Shown one piece after another: positions 18,953 through 26,540 of a stretch of 64,000 nucleotides of DNA. Source of the stretch: a virus (lineage: Duplodnaviria; Caudoviricetes). Under the pieces are notes generated by a model. That model saw only the letters and a list, made by a program, of their open reading frames with translations. It did no database searches and was not told the DNA's origin. Each line of letters starts with the position of its first letter. Positions within the stretch are counted from its first letter, which is position 1. The position numbers and the translations under genes are program-made. Location: the IMG/VR virus record IMGVR_UViG_3300033066_000592, positions 1 to 64,000 of that record, one strand, 5' to 3'.

Positions 18953-19633
18953 ATGCTTGACGTACCTAATGAAGTTAGAACAGCGCTGCTGATTGCGCTG
19001 GAAGGTCCCGATGGTTGCGGAAAAACCGCGCTGAGTTTTCATCTTGCGGAATCTCTGAAAACTCAACAGCCCTGTTCCGTGGTTTCGTTTCCAGGTCGCG
19101 GCACACGTCTGGGCGAATTCGTGCGTAGTAGCTACGCTGCTGAGGCAGCTGAAACGCTGTGCACCGACGAGGCGCGGCTGTACTTGTTTGCAGCTGACGC
19201 CGTGAATGCCTGCGACGGTGTTACGAGAGAGCTTGCACAGGGTCACACTGTGCTGCTCGACAGGCATCCGTTGCTGTCGGCGCTGGCTTATCAGGCCGAG
19301 CATCACGCCGTGAGTCGCATCACAGCCGTGCTGGATCAAGCTGCACAGGCGCTATATCCAGACCTCGTGTTGCTGATTCACACCGACGCAGCGGAGTGCA
19401 TGCGTCGTCGGAATCAAGATCACACACGACAGCGTGACAGCTACACGCCCACCGACGTGGCGCAAACCGAGCAGCTGTACCAGCGTTACTACGCGGCATT
19501 GACGCTCGTGAATTACAACGCCGTCGTCGTCGATGGCAATCAGAGTCCTGTCGATTTGCGTCGGCAATGCCTGCGGGAGATTGCGCGCGTAGCCGACGCG
19601 AAGCGGAAAATTCTGCTTGCAGCTACGAGCTAA
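18953..19633 (+). CDS. tmk: thymidylate kinase
   Basis: IALEGPDGCGKT P-loop; SFP; LLDR; PDLVLLI. Confidence 0.88.
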   Translation: MLDVPNEVRTALLIALEGPDGCGKTALSFHLAESLKTQQPCSVVSFPGRGTRLGEFVRSSYAAEAAETLCTDEARLYLFAADAVNACDGVTRELAQGHTVLLDRHPLLSALAYQAEHHAVSRITAVLDQAAQALYPDLVLLIHTDAAECMRRRNQDHTRQRDSYTPTDVAQTEQLYQRYYAALTLVNYNAVVVDGNQSPVDLRRQCLREIARVADAKRKILLAATS

Positions 19634-19714
19634 CGCGACTAGCTTATTTGCATTCACGGCACTGCGGGTCGCTGACCTGTCAAGCCAAAAGAACCCTCAG
19701 CGCAGGAGACACAC

Positions 19715-19894
19715 ATGGCCAAGCTCGTTGCATCGGCAGGCGTCAGCCCCAAGTCCAAAGCCAAGAAAGGCGCAGCCAAGAAGACCGCCGCCGTTGCCAA
19801 GAAGGCGACCAAGGCCAAGAAGAAAAAGAAGGGCGGCGGTGGTGGTGGTGGCGGCGGCAAGGGCAAGGGCTCGACTGGCGGTCGCCTGCTGTAG
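19715..19894 (+). CDS. 59-aa Lys/Ala/Gly-rich basic protein (histone H1-like); below the ORF-track cutoff
   Basis: AGGAG RBS; MAKLVASAGVSPKSKAKKGAAKKTAAVAKKATKAKKKKKGGGGGGGGGKGKGSTGGRLL. Confidence 0.75.
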   Translation: MAKLVASAGVSPKSKAKKGAAKKTAAVAKKATKAKKKKKGGGGGGGGGKGKGSTGGRLL

Positions 19895-19902
19895 TTCTTG
19901 TC

Positions 19903-20424
19903 GTGCTGTCGCTGCTCGTCATCGACGGCTTCTCGTCTGAGTCTCCTGAGAGCGAGCTGGTCACAAGTCTCGCTCGCCACAGTTCGAAATTTTCCTCTGA
20001 CATTCTCCTCGTCACCAAACCGACCGACCAGATGCTCAAAAGGCGCTGGTCGGTCGTTTGGTTTTGTGGCCATGTGACTGTGCATCGAAAAGTGGGCACA
20101 GCCACTCTGGAGCAGCGACGAGGCCGAGGCTATCAGCCTCTTTGTGCTGCTTCGCTTGTCGCGCAAGCTCGCTGCTCACTGCTCGTGATGTCTGGCTGTT
20201 ACACGAGCCGTCCTGAAGTCAGCGGTCACGTGCCTTATGCACATAACCTCGTCACGTATGATGGCAAGCTGTATCTGCATGACAGCCTGGTGTTTGCGTC
20301 GAGCTTCATGTGGCTTCTGCGTGAGAATGTATCGGCGCGTCGTGTCACAGCGCCTGTAGTGCGTTACGCATTTGGTGTAGCTAGTAAGGCCGCAGGTGAT
20401 GGCTACCGACTGCGTTCGCGATAG
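19903..20424 (+). CDS. putative CHAT/caspase-fold (clan CD) protein; start uncertain
   Basis: VVWFCGH and LLVMSGCYTS resemble the CHAT His and Cys motifs. Confidence 0.4.
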   Translation: MLSLLVIDGFSSESPESELVTSLARHSSKFSSDILLVTKPTDQMLKRRWSVVWFCGHVTVHRKVGTATLEQRRGRGYQPLCAASLVAQARCSLLVMSGCYTSRPEVSGHVPYAHNLVTYDGKLYLHDSLVFASSFMWLLRENVSARRVTAPVVRYAFGVASKAAGDGYRLRSR

Positions 20425-20439
20425 TGCTACGCTTTCAGC

Positions 20440-21555
20440 ATGGAACAACCCCTTCTGAAGGTGCTGCAGGGCGGAGCCGGTCGTGAGCTTGCGACATGCC
20501 GTGGTAAAGATTATTGCTCCGACTGCACGTTGCACGTGAGCAAAGGCGGTCGGTGCGAAGGCTGCACGATTCGCAAGAAAAATACCCTCGGCGAGAATTT
20601 TGCATCCTGCTATCAGGAATGCGCCACGTGCGCTGGCTACAAGGTCCAGGTGCCTGCGATCTGTTGCCGCTCACCGATGAAGAAGCTCTATCTGGATTCC
20701 GTGACGCGCAGCCCTGGCGACTGGAATAATCCGAAGCTAGAGTTTCACGAGCGGCCTCCGATCACGACGCACAAACAGCGTGCGGTGTTCTACATCACGT
20801 CAGGTGGCGTCAACACGATCGGTGACGTCACAGAACCAATCGTTGAACACGAGCTGGTTGCAACGAACCTGAGCCGCGTCTGGTCAGGCAACGGCTTCTA
20901 TGCGCGTAATCTCAAGCGGATTCTGCGGTTGCCGGCCGCCACCAAGCTGCTGCTGCTCACCATGACGAAAGATGACCTGCTAGAGAACGCCTGGCGGCGT
21001 TATTTCTACGCAGATCCGGCCGAGTACGAGCGCGTCAAAGTCGACTACTGGATGCCTCTGTCCTTTTCGTCGTATCCGACGGAGGCGCACATGCATCAGT
21101 TGTATCAGCTCTACCGTACGCTCTACTGCACTGAGCAGAGCAGAGCCTGGTTCACGACGGGCGACCATTTCCAAGAAGGGCTGCGCATTGACGACTTGTT
21201 TCTTAAGTGCGTCAAACGGGTGCAGAACGTCGTGTTCAACACGCAGTTCGTGAGTGACGAGACGTACAAGTTTCATCTGCGGTTGTTTCAGCATGCGCAT
21301 GAAATCAGCCCAGCGCACGTGCCATTTTGGTTCGTCGGTCGCGCAGACCCGACGTTCATGCACAACGTCAAGAAGGTCTGTGGCAAGGGCTCTCGTGTTT
21401 TGTTCTGGGTGTCCAGCAAGCCTCTGTACGTTGCCAGCATGGGCGCACGCCTAGACCTCAAGGGCAAAGCGAAACCGAGCACGTTGCCGAAGGTCGATCT
21501 TGTGCGCGAGAATTACGCCGTCTTCGAGAGGATGGTCAACGACTATGGACGCTAG
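20440..21555 (+). CDS. Cys-rich protein with DUF4417-like C-terminal region
   Basis: About 10 N-terminal Cys; PLSFSSY...HQLYQLYR resembles the DUF4417 pattern; adjacent to a ParB-like gene. Confidence 0.45.
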   Translation: MEQPLLKVLQGGAGRELATCRGKDYCSDCTLHVSKGGRCEGCTIRKKNTLGENFASCYQECATCAGYKVQVPAICCRSPMKKLYLDSVTRSPGDWNNPKLEFHERPPITTHKQRAVFYITSGGVNTIGDVTEPIVEHELVATNLSRVWSGNGFYARNLKRILRLPAATKLLLLTMTKDDLLENAWRRYFYADPAEYERVKVDYWMPLSFSSYPTEAHMHQLYQLYRTLYCTEQSRAWFTTGDHFQEGLRIDDLFLKCVKRVQNVVFNTQFVSDETYKFHLRLFQHAHEISPAHVPFWFVGRADPTFMHNVKKVCGKGSRVLFWVSSKPLYVASMGARLDLKGKAKPSTLPKVDLVRENYAVFERMVNDYGR

Positions 21556-22606
21556 CACTGGAATCAAGCGCAGAAAAAAGAAGCCCTGCGCCGACTGTGG
21601 CAAGCCGTACAAGCGCAGCACAGGTTTCTGCTCACGCTGCTACAAGAAGTCCTGCGATGCACCGGACTTCAGCTCGGGCGGGGCTTGTGCTTGCGGCATC
21701 AGCAAGCCGAATCACAAGCCGCCGATGGCTACCGAGACGCTGCGCAGCATCGTCAGCGAAGGCCAAGCTTCGCGTGTGCCAATCGAGCAGGTCGTGCCGA
21801 ATCGCTGGAATCCGAACACGATGCCAGAGGATCGCAAGGCGAAGCTATGGCTTGGCATGGTGCGCGTGCTCCAACAGCAAGCACAGGCCGGCGAGGCTGC
21901 ACCACGGTTGCCCCCCATCATCGTCAGGCAGCTTCCACCTGGCCGAGAGCACAAGTACGAGATCATTGACGGTGAGCAGCGCTGGAAGCTGCTTAAAGAC
22001 AATCAGGATCACGAGCTGGTGCAGCGCTGTCTGCCTGGTGTCATCGACATCGTCGTGATCAACGTCGATGACACGACGGCGCGCTTGCTGACCTCCACGA
22101 TGAACTGGCTGCATGGCGACGCTGACGCTGATCGTTATGTCGACATGCTCAGTGATATCTGGAAAGCCGGCATGACGACAGAGCAGATGTCCGAGCTGCT
22201 GCCTGAGAGCGCAGGCGAGCTCACGGCCATCGCCGAGAACTACGGCATCAAGATCGAGGAGGTCACGATCGCGCAAGATGACCTCGACAAGTCGATTGCC
22301 AACGACACACGTGAGGACCTGCACGAGCTGAAGTTCAGCTGCTACGCGCAGCAGTCCGAAGTGATCATGGGTGCCATCAGCCGTGTTGGCAGCCTGCTCA
22401 CAGGCAAAAACGTGTTGGCGAGGGCCTTGGAGCTGATCTGTGCGGAGTCTCTAGGCACGCCTGTGGAGAGCTTCGCTGAGAAGATCAAGGAGCTGTATCC
22501 GCCTGAGCCTGAAAAGTCCAAGAAAAGGGGCAGCTTGAAAGAGAAGCTTGCCAAGAAGGCGAAGAAAAGTAGTCGCGCCAAAGCAGCCGAAAGTAATGCA
22601 CCGTGA
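21545..22606 (+). CDS. ParB/Srx-like domain protein with N-terminal zinc finger
   Basis: CADC..CSRC; VPNRWNPN, PPIIVR, YEIIDGEQRW. Confidence 0.85.
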   Translation: MDASTGIKRRKKKPCADCGKPYKRSTGFCSRCYKKSCDAPDFSSGGACACGISKPNHKPPMATETLRSIVSEGQASRVPIEQVVPNRWNPNTMPEDRKAKLWLGMVRVLQQQAQAGEAAPRLPPIIVRQLPPGREHKYEIIDGEQRWKLLKDNQDHELVQRCLPGVIDIVVINVDDTTARLLTSTMNWLHGDADADRYVDMLSDIWKAGMTTEQMSELLPESAGELTAIAENYGIKIEEVTIAQDDLDKSIANDTREDLHELKFSCYAQQSEVIMGAISRVGSLLTGKNVLARALELICAESLGTPVESFAEKIKELYPPEPEKSKKRGSLKEKLAKKAKKSSRAKAAESNAP

Positions 22607-23040
22607 GTTACGGTGAAGACCCGTCTTTCGATGCGTTCGAAGGCCCTTCAGACGACGCTATAGAGCTTGTCGGTCAGGCGCAGCTAGCTCACGTAAACGA
22701 GGCTGATAGGCAGCGACGCCTCTACACTGCTGAGATGCAGCGCTTGCGCGATGTAGAAGCCGCCGCCTTAAATGCCGGTGCGGCCGAGAAGTTTCTATGC
22801 ATCGCTTGTCGACACGTCTTCAGTAGCGTCGCTGTGGGCCGCAAGAGTCCAGCCTGTGCACACTGCCGAAGTCCTCAAACAACGCCCACGATGCTCAGCT
22901 TCACGACATCGTCGGTACCGACAAGACCAGACGCTGCTGACGTGGATGTGCTACAAAAGCAGGGCACAAGCGAGGCCCCGACACATGCCGCTAACCGACA
23001 GCGTTCCGCCATCGAAGCACCCATCATCACAGAAGAATAG
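22603..23040 (+). CDS. zinc-ribbon hypothetical protein
   Basis: CIAC...CAHC; GTGA coupling. Confidence 0.55.
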   Translation: MSYGEDPSFDAFEGPSDDAIELVGQAQLAHVNEADRQRRLYTAEMQRLRDVEAAALNAGAAEKFLCIACRHVFSSVAVGRKSPACAHCRSPQTTPTMLSFTTSSVPTRPDAADVDVLQKQGTSEAPTHAANRQRSAIEAPIITEE

Positions 23041-23197
23041 CTCGTACCACTGCAACAGCTGTGGCCAGGATTTCGTGGCAGCGTCAGCAGATGCCTGTCC
23101 TGGCTGCATGTCGAAAGCTGTGCGCTACGATGGCGAAGCCTTCGCCACGATGACGCATTCGCAAGCGCCGTCGGACATCTTCAAGGGAGACTTCTGA
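22985..23197 (+). CDS. small zinc-ribbon protein
   Basis: YHCNSC...CPGC; stop overlaps the next start (TGATG). Confidence 0.5.
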   Translation: MPLTDSVPPSKHPSSQKNSSYHCNSCGQDFVAASADACPGCMSKAVRYDGEAFATMTHSQAPSDIFKGDF

Positions 23198-23649
23198 TGC
23201 CAGGCATGCGTCTCTATTTCGAGCTGTACACGCGCTGCTCGTCAGATCCAGATCAGCGGCAGTCTGTGCTCGGCCCGCGCCGCGACATCAACGAGGAGTA
23301 CAGACTGACGCCGGCCAGCACAGGGCCTGGCCCTGGCTCGCTGTCGGTACCAGCAGGCGCTACGAACTGGCAGGTGCCCTTCGGCAGCGTCGTCAACGCG
23401 AGCTACTTGCTCATCGTGATGAAGGCGCCCGTCGAGTGTCGGATCGGGCCCAGCGGCCTTTACTTTCCTCTGAACGGGATTCCGGCTGACCTCAATGCAT
23501 ATCCGTACAGCGACGTCGTGAAGACGCCGCAGCCGGGCATCCTGTTTATCAGCACGACGTCGATCCCTGCTGGCGGAATTTACTTCAACAATCTCGATCT
23601 GGTGAACGCAGCCCCTGGCGAAGTTCACTTGTTCGGAGAGGGACCGTAG
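23197..23649 (+). CDS. hypothetical protein, possibly virion-associated
   Basis: GGGAG RBS; beta-rich. Confidence 0.65.
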   Translation: MPGMRLYFELYTRCSSDPDQRQSVLGPRRDINEEYRLTPASTGPGPGSLSVPAGATNWQVPFGSVVNASYLLIVMKAPVECRIGPSGLYFPLNGIPADLNAYPYSDVVKTPQPGILFISTTSIPAGGIYFNNLDLVNAAPGEVHLFGEGP

Positions 23650-23651
23650 CC

Positions 23652-24668
23652 ATGATCACGGATTACAGACGGGTGCCTTTCGGCAATCCAAAATGCTCGC
23701 AGTGCCTGCACTACGCACCAGAGCGCAGCGCCTGTGAAATCGGGCAGCTACCTGACGTGTGCGGCGATGGCAGTCGGCCGGACCTCGGTTTTGCGCCGCT
23801 GCACTCGGACTCGCTCATGGTGGTGGGCATACCGCAGAGGCCGCGCATGCTCGAACCTGCGGCGCCTATCGCAGCAGCGGCAGTGCCCAGCCTGGGCATC
23901 GACCCACCGCAAGTCGTGGACATCGCTGCGGGTCCGTCTGCGTCGCTTGCGATGCTTTCGACGGAACAACAGTCCGTGAGCGCGACAGACTCCGACGAAG
24001 CCGTCAATGCGTCGATCGACGAAGTCTTCGAGCAGATCGGTCCAACGGATTTGAACGTCGTCGTTGGTGTCGTCACGCATGTCGGTTTCGACGGCGTGGC
24101 GCGGCCTGGCAACGGAAGCAATCTGCTGCGGTCAATCGCAAATGACGAGTCTCTGATCGTCAACGTTGCGGCGCAGCTCTTGCCGCGAGCGCAGCATATG
24201 CACAAGTCGATGTGCCGTGAATGCTCTGTGGTTCGCATGAACCAGGGCTTTCATGATGGTCGGCTCGACGTGGCGCAGTTTGGGAAGCTCGTGAAAGCCC
24301 AGCTGAGCTATCGCCTGATGAAGGGCTACAACCTGTCGATGCTCGACAGCGTGCTGATGCGGCGATTGCCGGGCTACGAGAACCTGATCAAGGGCGCTGG
24401 CTCCCATGCCAAGCGTACGGCGAGCGGCAGCGTGTCGGCGGCGTATCGAAAAAAGAACGCGACTCTGTCTGAGGGTCGCTTTCCGATCGGTGACAAAGAC
24501 ACTGCCGACAAGGCGCTGAAGCTGCGCGGTCATGCCAAGACCGCGCAGGAACGCAAGAAGATCGTACAGCGCGCGGCTCGCTACGTGCCTGACAAGGCCA
24601 AGGCCGCAGCAAAAGCCGATGGCTGGCTCCTGAACGCAGTGGGTCCGCGTCCGCCAGCTGGAGAGTGA
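23652..24668 (+). CDS. pre-portal head-associated protein
   Basis: Immediately upstream of portal; several L/M-x-K-A/G/S sites; basic C-terminal GRFPI.D domain. Confidence 0.6.
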   Translation: MITDYRRVPFGNPKCSQCLHYAPERSACEIGQLPDVCGDGSRPDLGFAPLHSDSLMVVGIPQRPRMLEPAAPIAAAAVPSLGIDPPQVVDIAAGPSASLAMLSTEQQSVSATDSDEAVNASIDEVFEQIGPTDLNVVVGVVTHVGFDGVARPGNGSNLLRSIANDESLIVNVAAQLLPRAQHMHKSMCRECSVVRMNQGFHDGRLDVAQFGKLVKAQLSYRLMKGYNLSMLDSVLMRRLPGYENLIKGAGSHAKRTASGSVSAAYRKKNATLSEGRFPIGDKDTADKALKLRGHAKTAQERKKIVQRAARYVPDKAKAAAKADGWLLNAVGPRPPAGE

Positions 24669-24672
24669 TCGC

Positions 24673-26529
24673 ATGAATTCGGCGCAGCAGCAGAGCTGGC
24701 AAGAGCGCAGCAACCTAGATCCAGGTACAGCACAGCTTGTTGACGAACTGGCGATGGCCCTCGTCAACAAGCTGCATCCAGCGCAGCTGCGCAACCCTGA
24801 GTCGCCGCCTAGTGAGTCGGTGCTGGTCGATCCACAAGGGGAACCTCTGTCGAAGTCGTTCGACGAGCCAAAAAGCTACTTCATCGATCCGAATGACATG
24901 CTGGGCGGGACGGGTATGAACTACGTCTACCCGCCCACGCAAGTCACGTACGAGACACTGCGCCTGCTGGCGGAGCGTGTGCCTGTTTGCTCGTGTGTGA
25001 TTCTGACGCGTGTGAATCAGGTCGCGTCGTTCTGCCGAGCGCCGCGCAACAAGTATGACATCGGCTTCAAGGTGCGGCCGATCGGCAAGTTCGATGATCG
25101 CGAGCTGACACCGGCAGAGAAATCCAAGTCGGAGGACATTGAGACGTTCCTGCGTTGGACTGGCAACGAGTACAACGAAGGTCGCGATGACTTCCAGACG
25201 TTCGTGAAAAAGCTCGTCAGAGACCGCTTGTACTATGACCAGGCGTGCTTTGAGAAAGTCGCATCACGTGACGGCGGCCTTGCCAGTTTTCATGCGATTC
25301 CGTCAGAGTCGATTCGCATCGCGATTCCGAAAAACGCGCAGGCGACACCTCCGACGGAGCACGATGTACGCCACGACGTCAAGTACGTGCAGATCATCAA
25401 CAGTCAGCCAATTCGCGACTACACGCATCGTGAGCTGGCTTTCCTGGTGGCTAACCCGCGCACGAATCTGCACGTCAACGGTTACGGATTCCCTGAGACA
25501 GAGATGATGCTGACCACGGCGATGGCGTTGCTGTGGGCAGAGGAGTGGAACCGCAACATCTTCAAGCAGGGCTCCACGCTCAAAGGCATCCTCAACGTCA
25601 AAGGCAGCTTCGCCAAGAACAAGTTCCTCGACCTGAAGCGAGAGTTTCAGACGAAGTTCACAGGCGTTCATAACGCGCACAAAAACGGCATCGTCAACGT
25701 CGACGAGCTTCAGTGGATTGCACTCCAGCTGAGCAATACGGAGATGGGCTTTCAGAGCTGGATCGAGTACCTGATCAAGCTCACTTGCGCGTTCTACCTC
25801 ATCGACCCCGCCGAGGTGAATTTCGACCTGCGCGGTAGCTCCCAGCAGCAGCCGATCTTCATGTCTGGCAACGAAGCCCAGCAGAAGATCAGCCGTGATC
25901 GCGGCTTGTCGCCGTTGCTTCAGTACGTCGAAGACGCCATCAACAAGCACATCGTATGGCGTATCGACCCACGCTATATGTTTGGGTTCGTCGGTCTCAA
26001 CGCCAAGACGCAAGAGCAGGCGATCGAGCTGGCCAGCAAAGAGGTCAGTTCCAAGCTCACGCTCAATGAAGTACGCGCGCTGGACGATCTGCCACCTGTG
26101 AAGGGCGGCGACATCGTACTCAACGCGATCTACACAGGCCGCTTGGCTGCATTGGACCAGCAGCAGGCTGGCGGTGGCATGCCAGGAATGCCACCGGGCG
26201 CGGCACCAGGCATGCCTGGTCAACCTCAACCGCCACAGCCGGGTCAGCAGCAGCCTGGGAATCCTTACGACCAGCTACAGCCAGGCCCGCCGGCTGCCGA
26301 AGATAAGCAGGCCGGTGCAAACCTGAAAGCTGCGAGTCAAGGTAAAGATGAGTCGTCATCGAGTGGCGACTCATCTGTGCCTAAGAAGGTCCGGCGCGTG
26401 TTGATGCGCAACGATTGGGAAAACAGCTCTCTGTTCATGTCGCAGGACAAGCGCAGCGCAGCAGGCACAGACTTGGTGAAGTCTCTGTTTGGCCAGGATG
26501 CGACTGGCGATACGTACGACGAAGTCTAG
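24673..26529 (+). CDS. portal protein
   Basis: LVRDRLYYDQACFE, NPRTN..VNGYGFPE, F.QGS..KGIL, QWIAL..SN.EMGF, IDPAEVNF, TLNEVRA.DDLPP..GGD. Confidence 0.92.
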   Translation: MNSAQQQSWQERSNLDPGTAQLVDELAMALVNKLHPAQLRNPESPPSESVLVDPQGEPLSKSFDEPKSYFIDPNDMLGGTGMNYVYPPTQVTYETLRLLAERVPVCSCVILTRVNQVASFCRAPRNKYDIGFKVRPIGKFDDRELTPAEKSKSEDIETFLRWTGNEYNEGRDDFQTFVKKLVRDRLYYDQACFEKVASRDGGLASFHAIPSESIRIAIPKNAQATPPTEHDVRHDVKYVQIINSQPIRDYTHRELAFLVANPRTNLHVNGYGFPETEMMLTTAMALLWAEEWNRNIFKQGSTLKGILNVKGSFAKNKFLDLKREFQTKFTGVHNAHKNGIVNVDELQWIALQLSNTEMGFQSWIEYLIKLTCAFYLIDPAEVNFDLRGSSQQQPIFMSGNEAQQKISRDRGLSPLLQYVEDAINKHIVWRIDPRYMFGFVGLNAKTQEQAIELASKEVSSKLTLNEVRALDDLPPVKGGDIVLNAIYTGRLAALDQQQAGGGMPGMPPGAAPGMPGQPQPPQPGQQQPGNPYDQLQPGPPAAEDKQAGANLKAASQGKDESSSSGDSSVPKKVRRVLMRNDWENSSLFMSQDKRSAAGTDLVKSLFGQDATGDTYDEV

Positions 26530-26540
26530 GAGACACGACG

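Noticed and set aside
19654-20166. Minus-strand poly-Pro / poly-Phe ORF
   Set aside because: Reverse complement of the Gly9 and Lys5 runs of the 59-aa plus-strand protein.
26415-26540. N-terminal extension of the 1293-aa ORF
   Set aside because: Overlaps the portal gene; the RBS supports ATG 26541.
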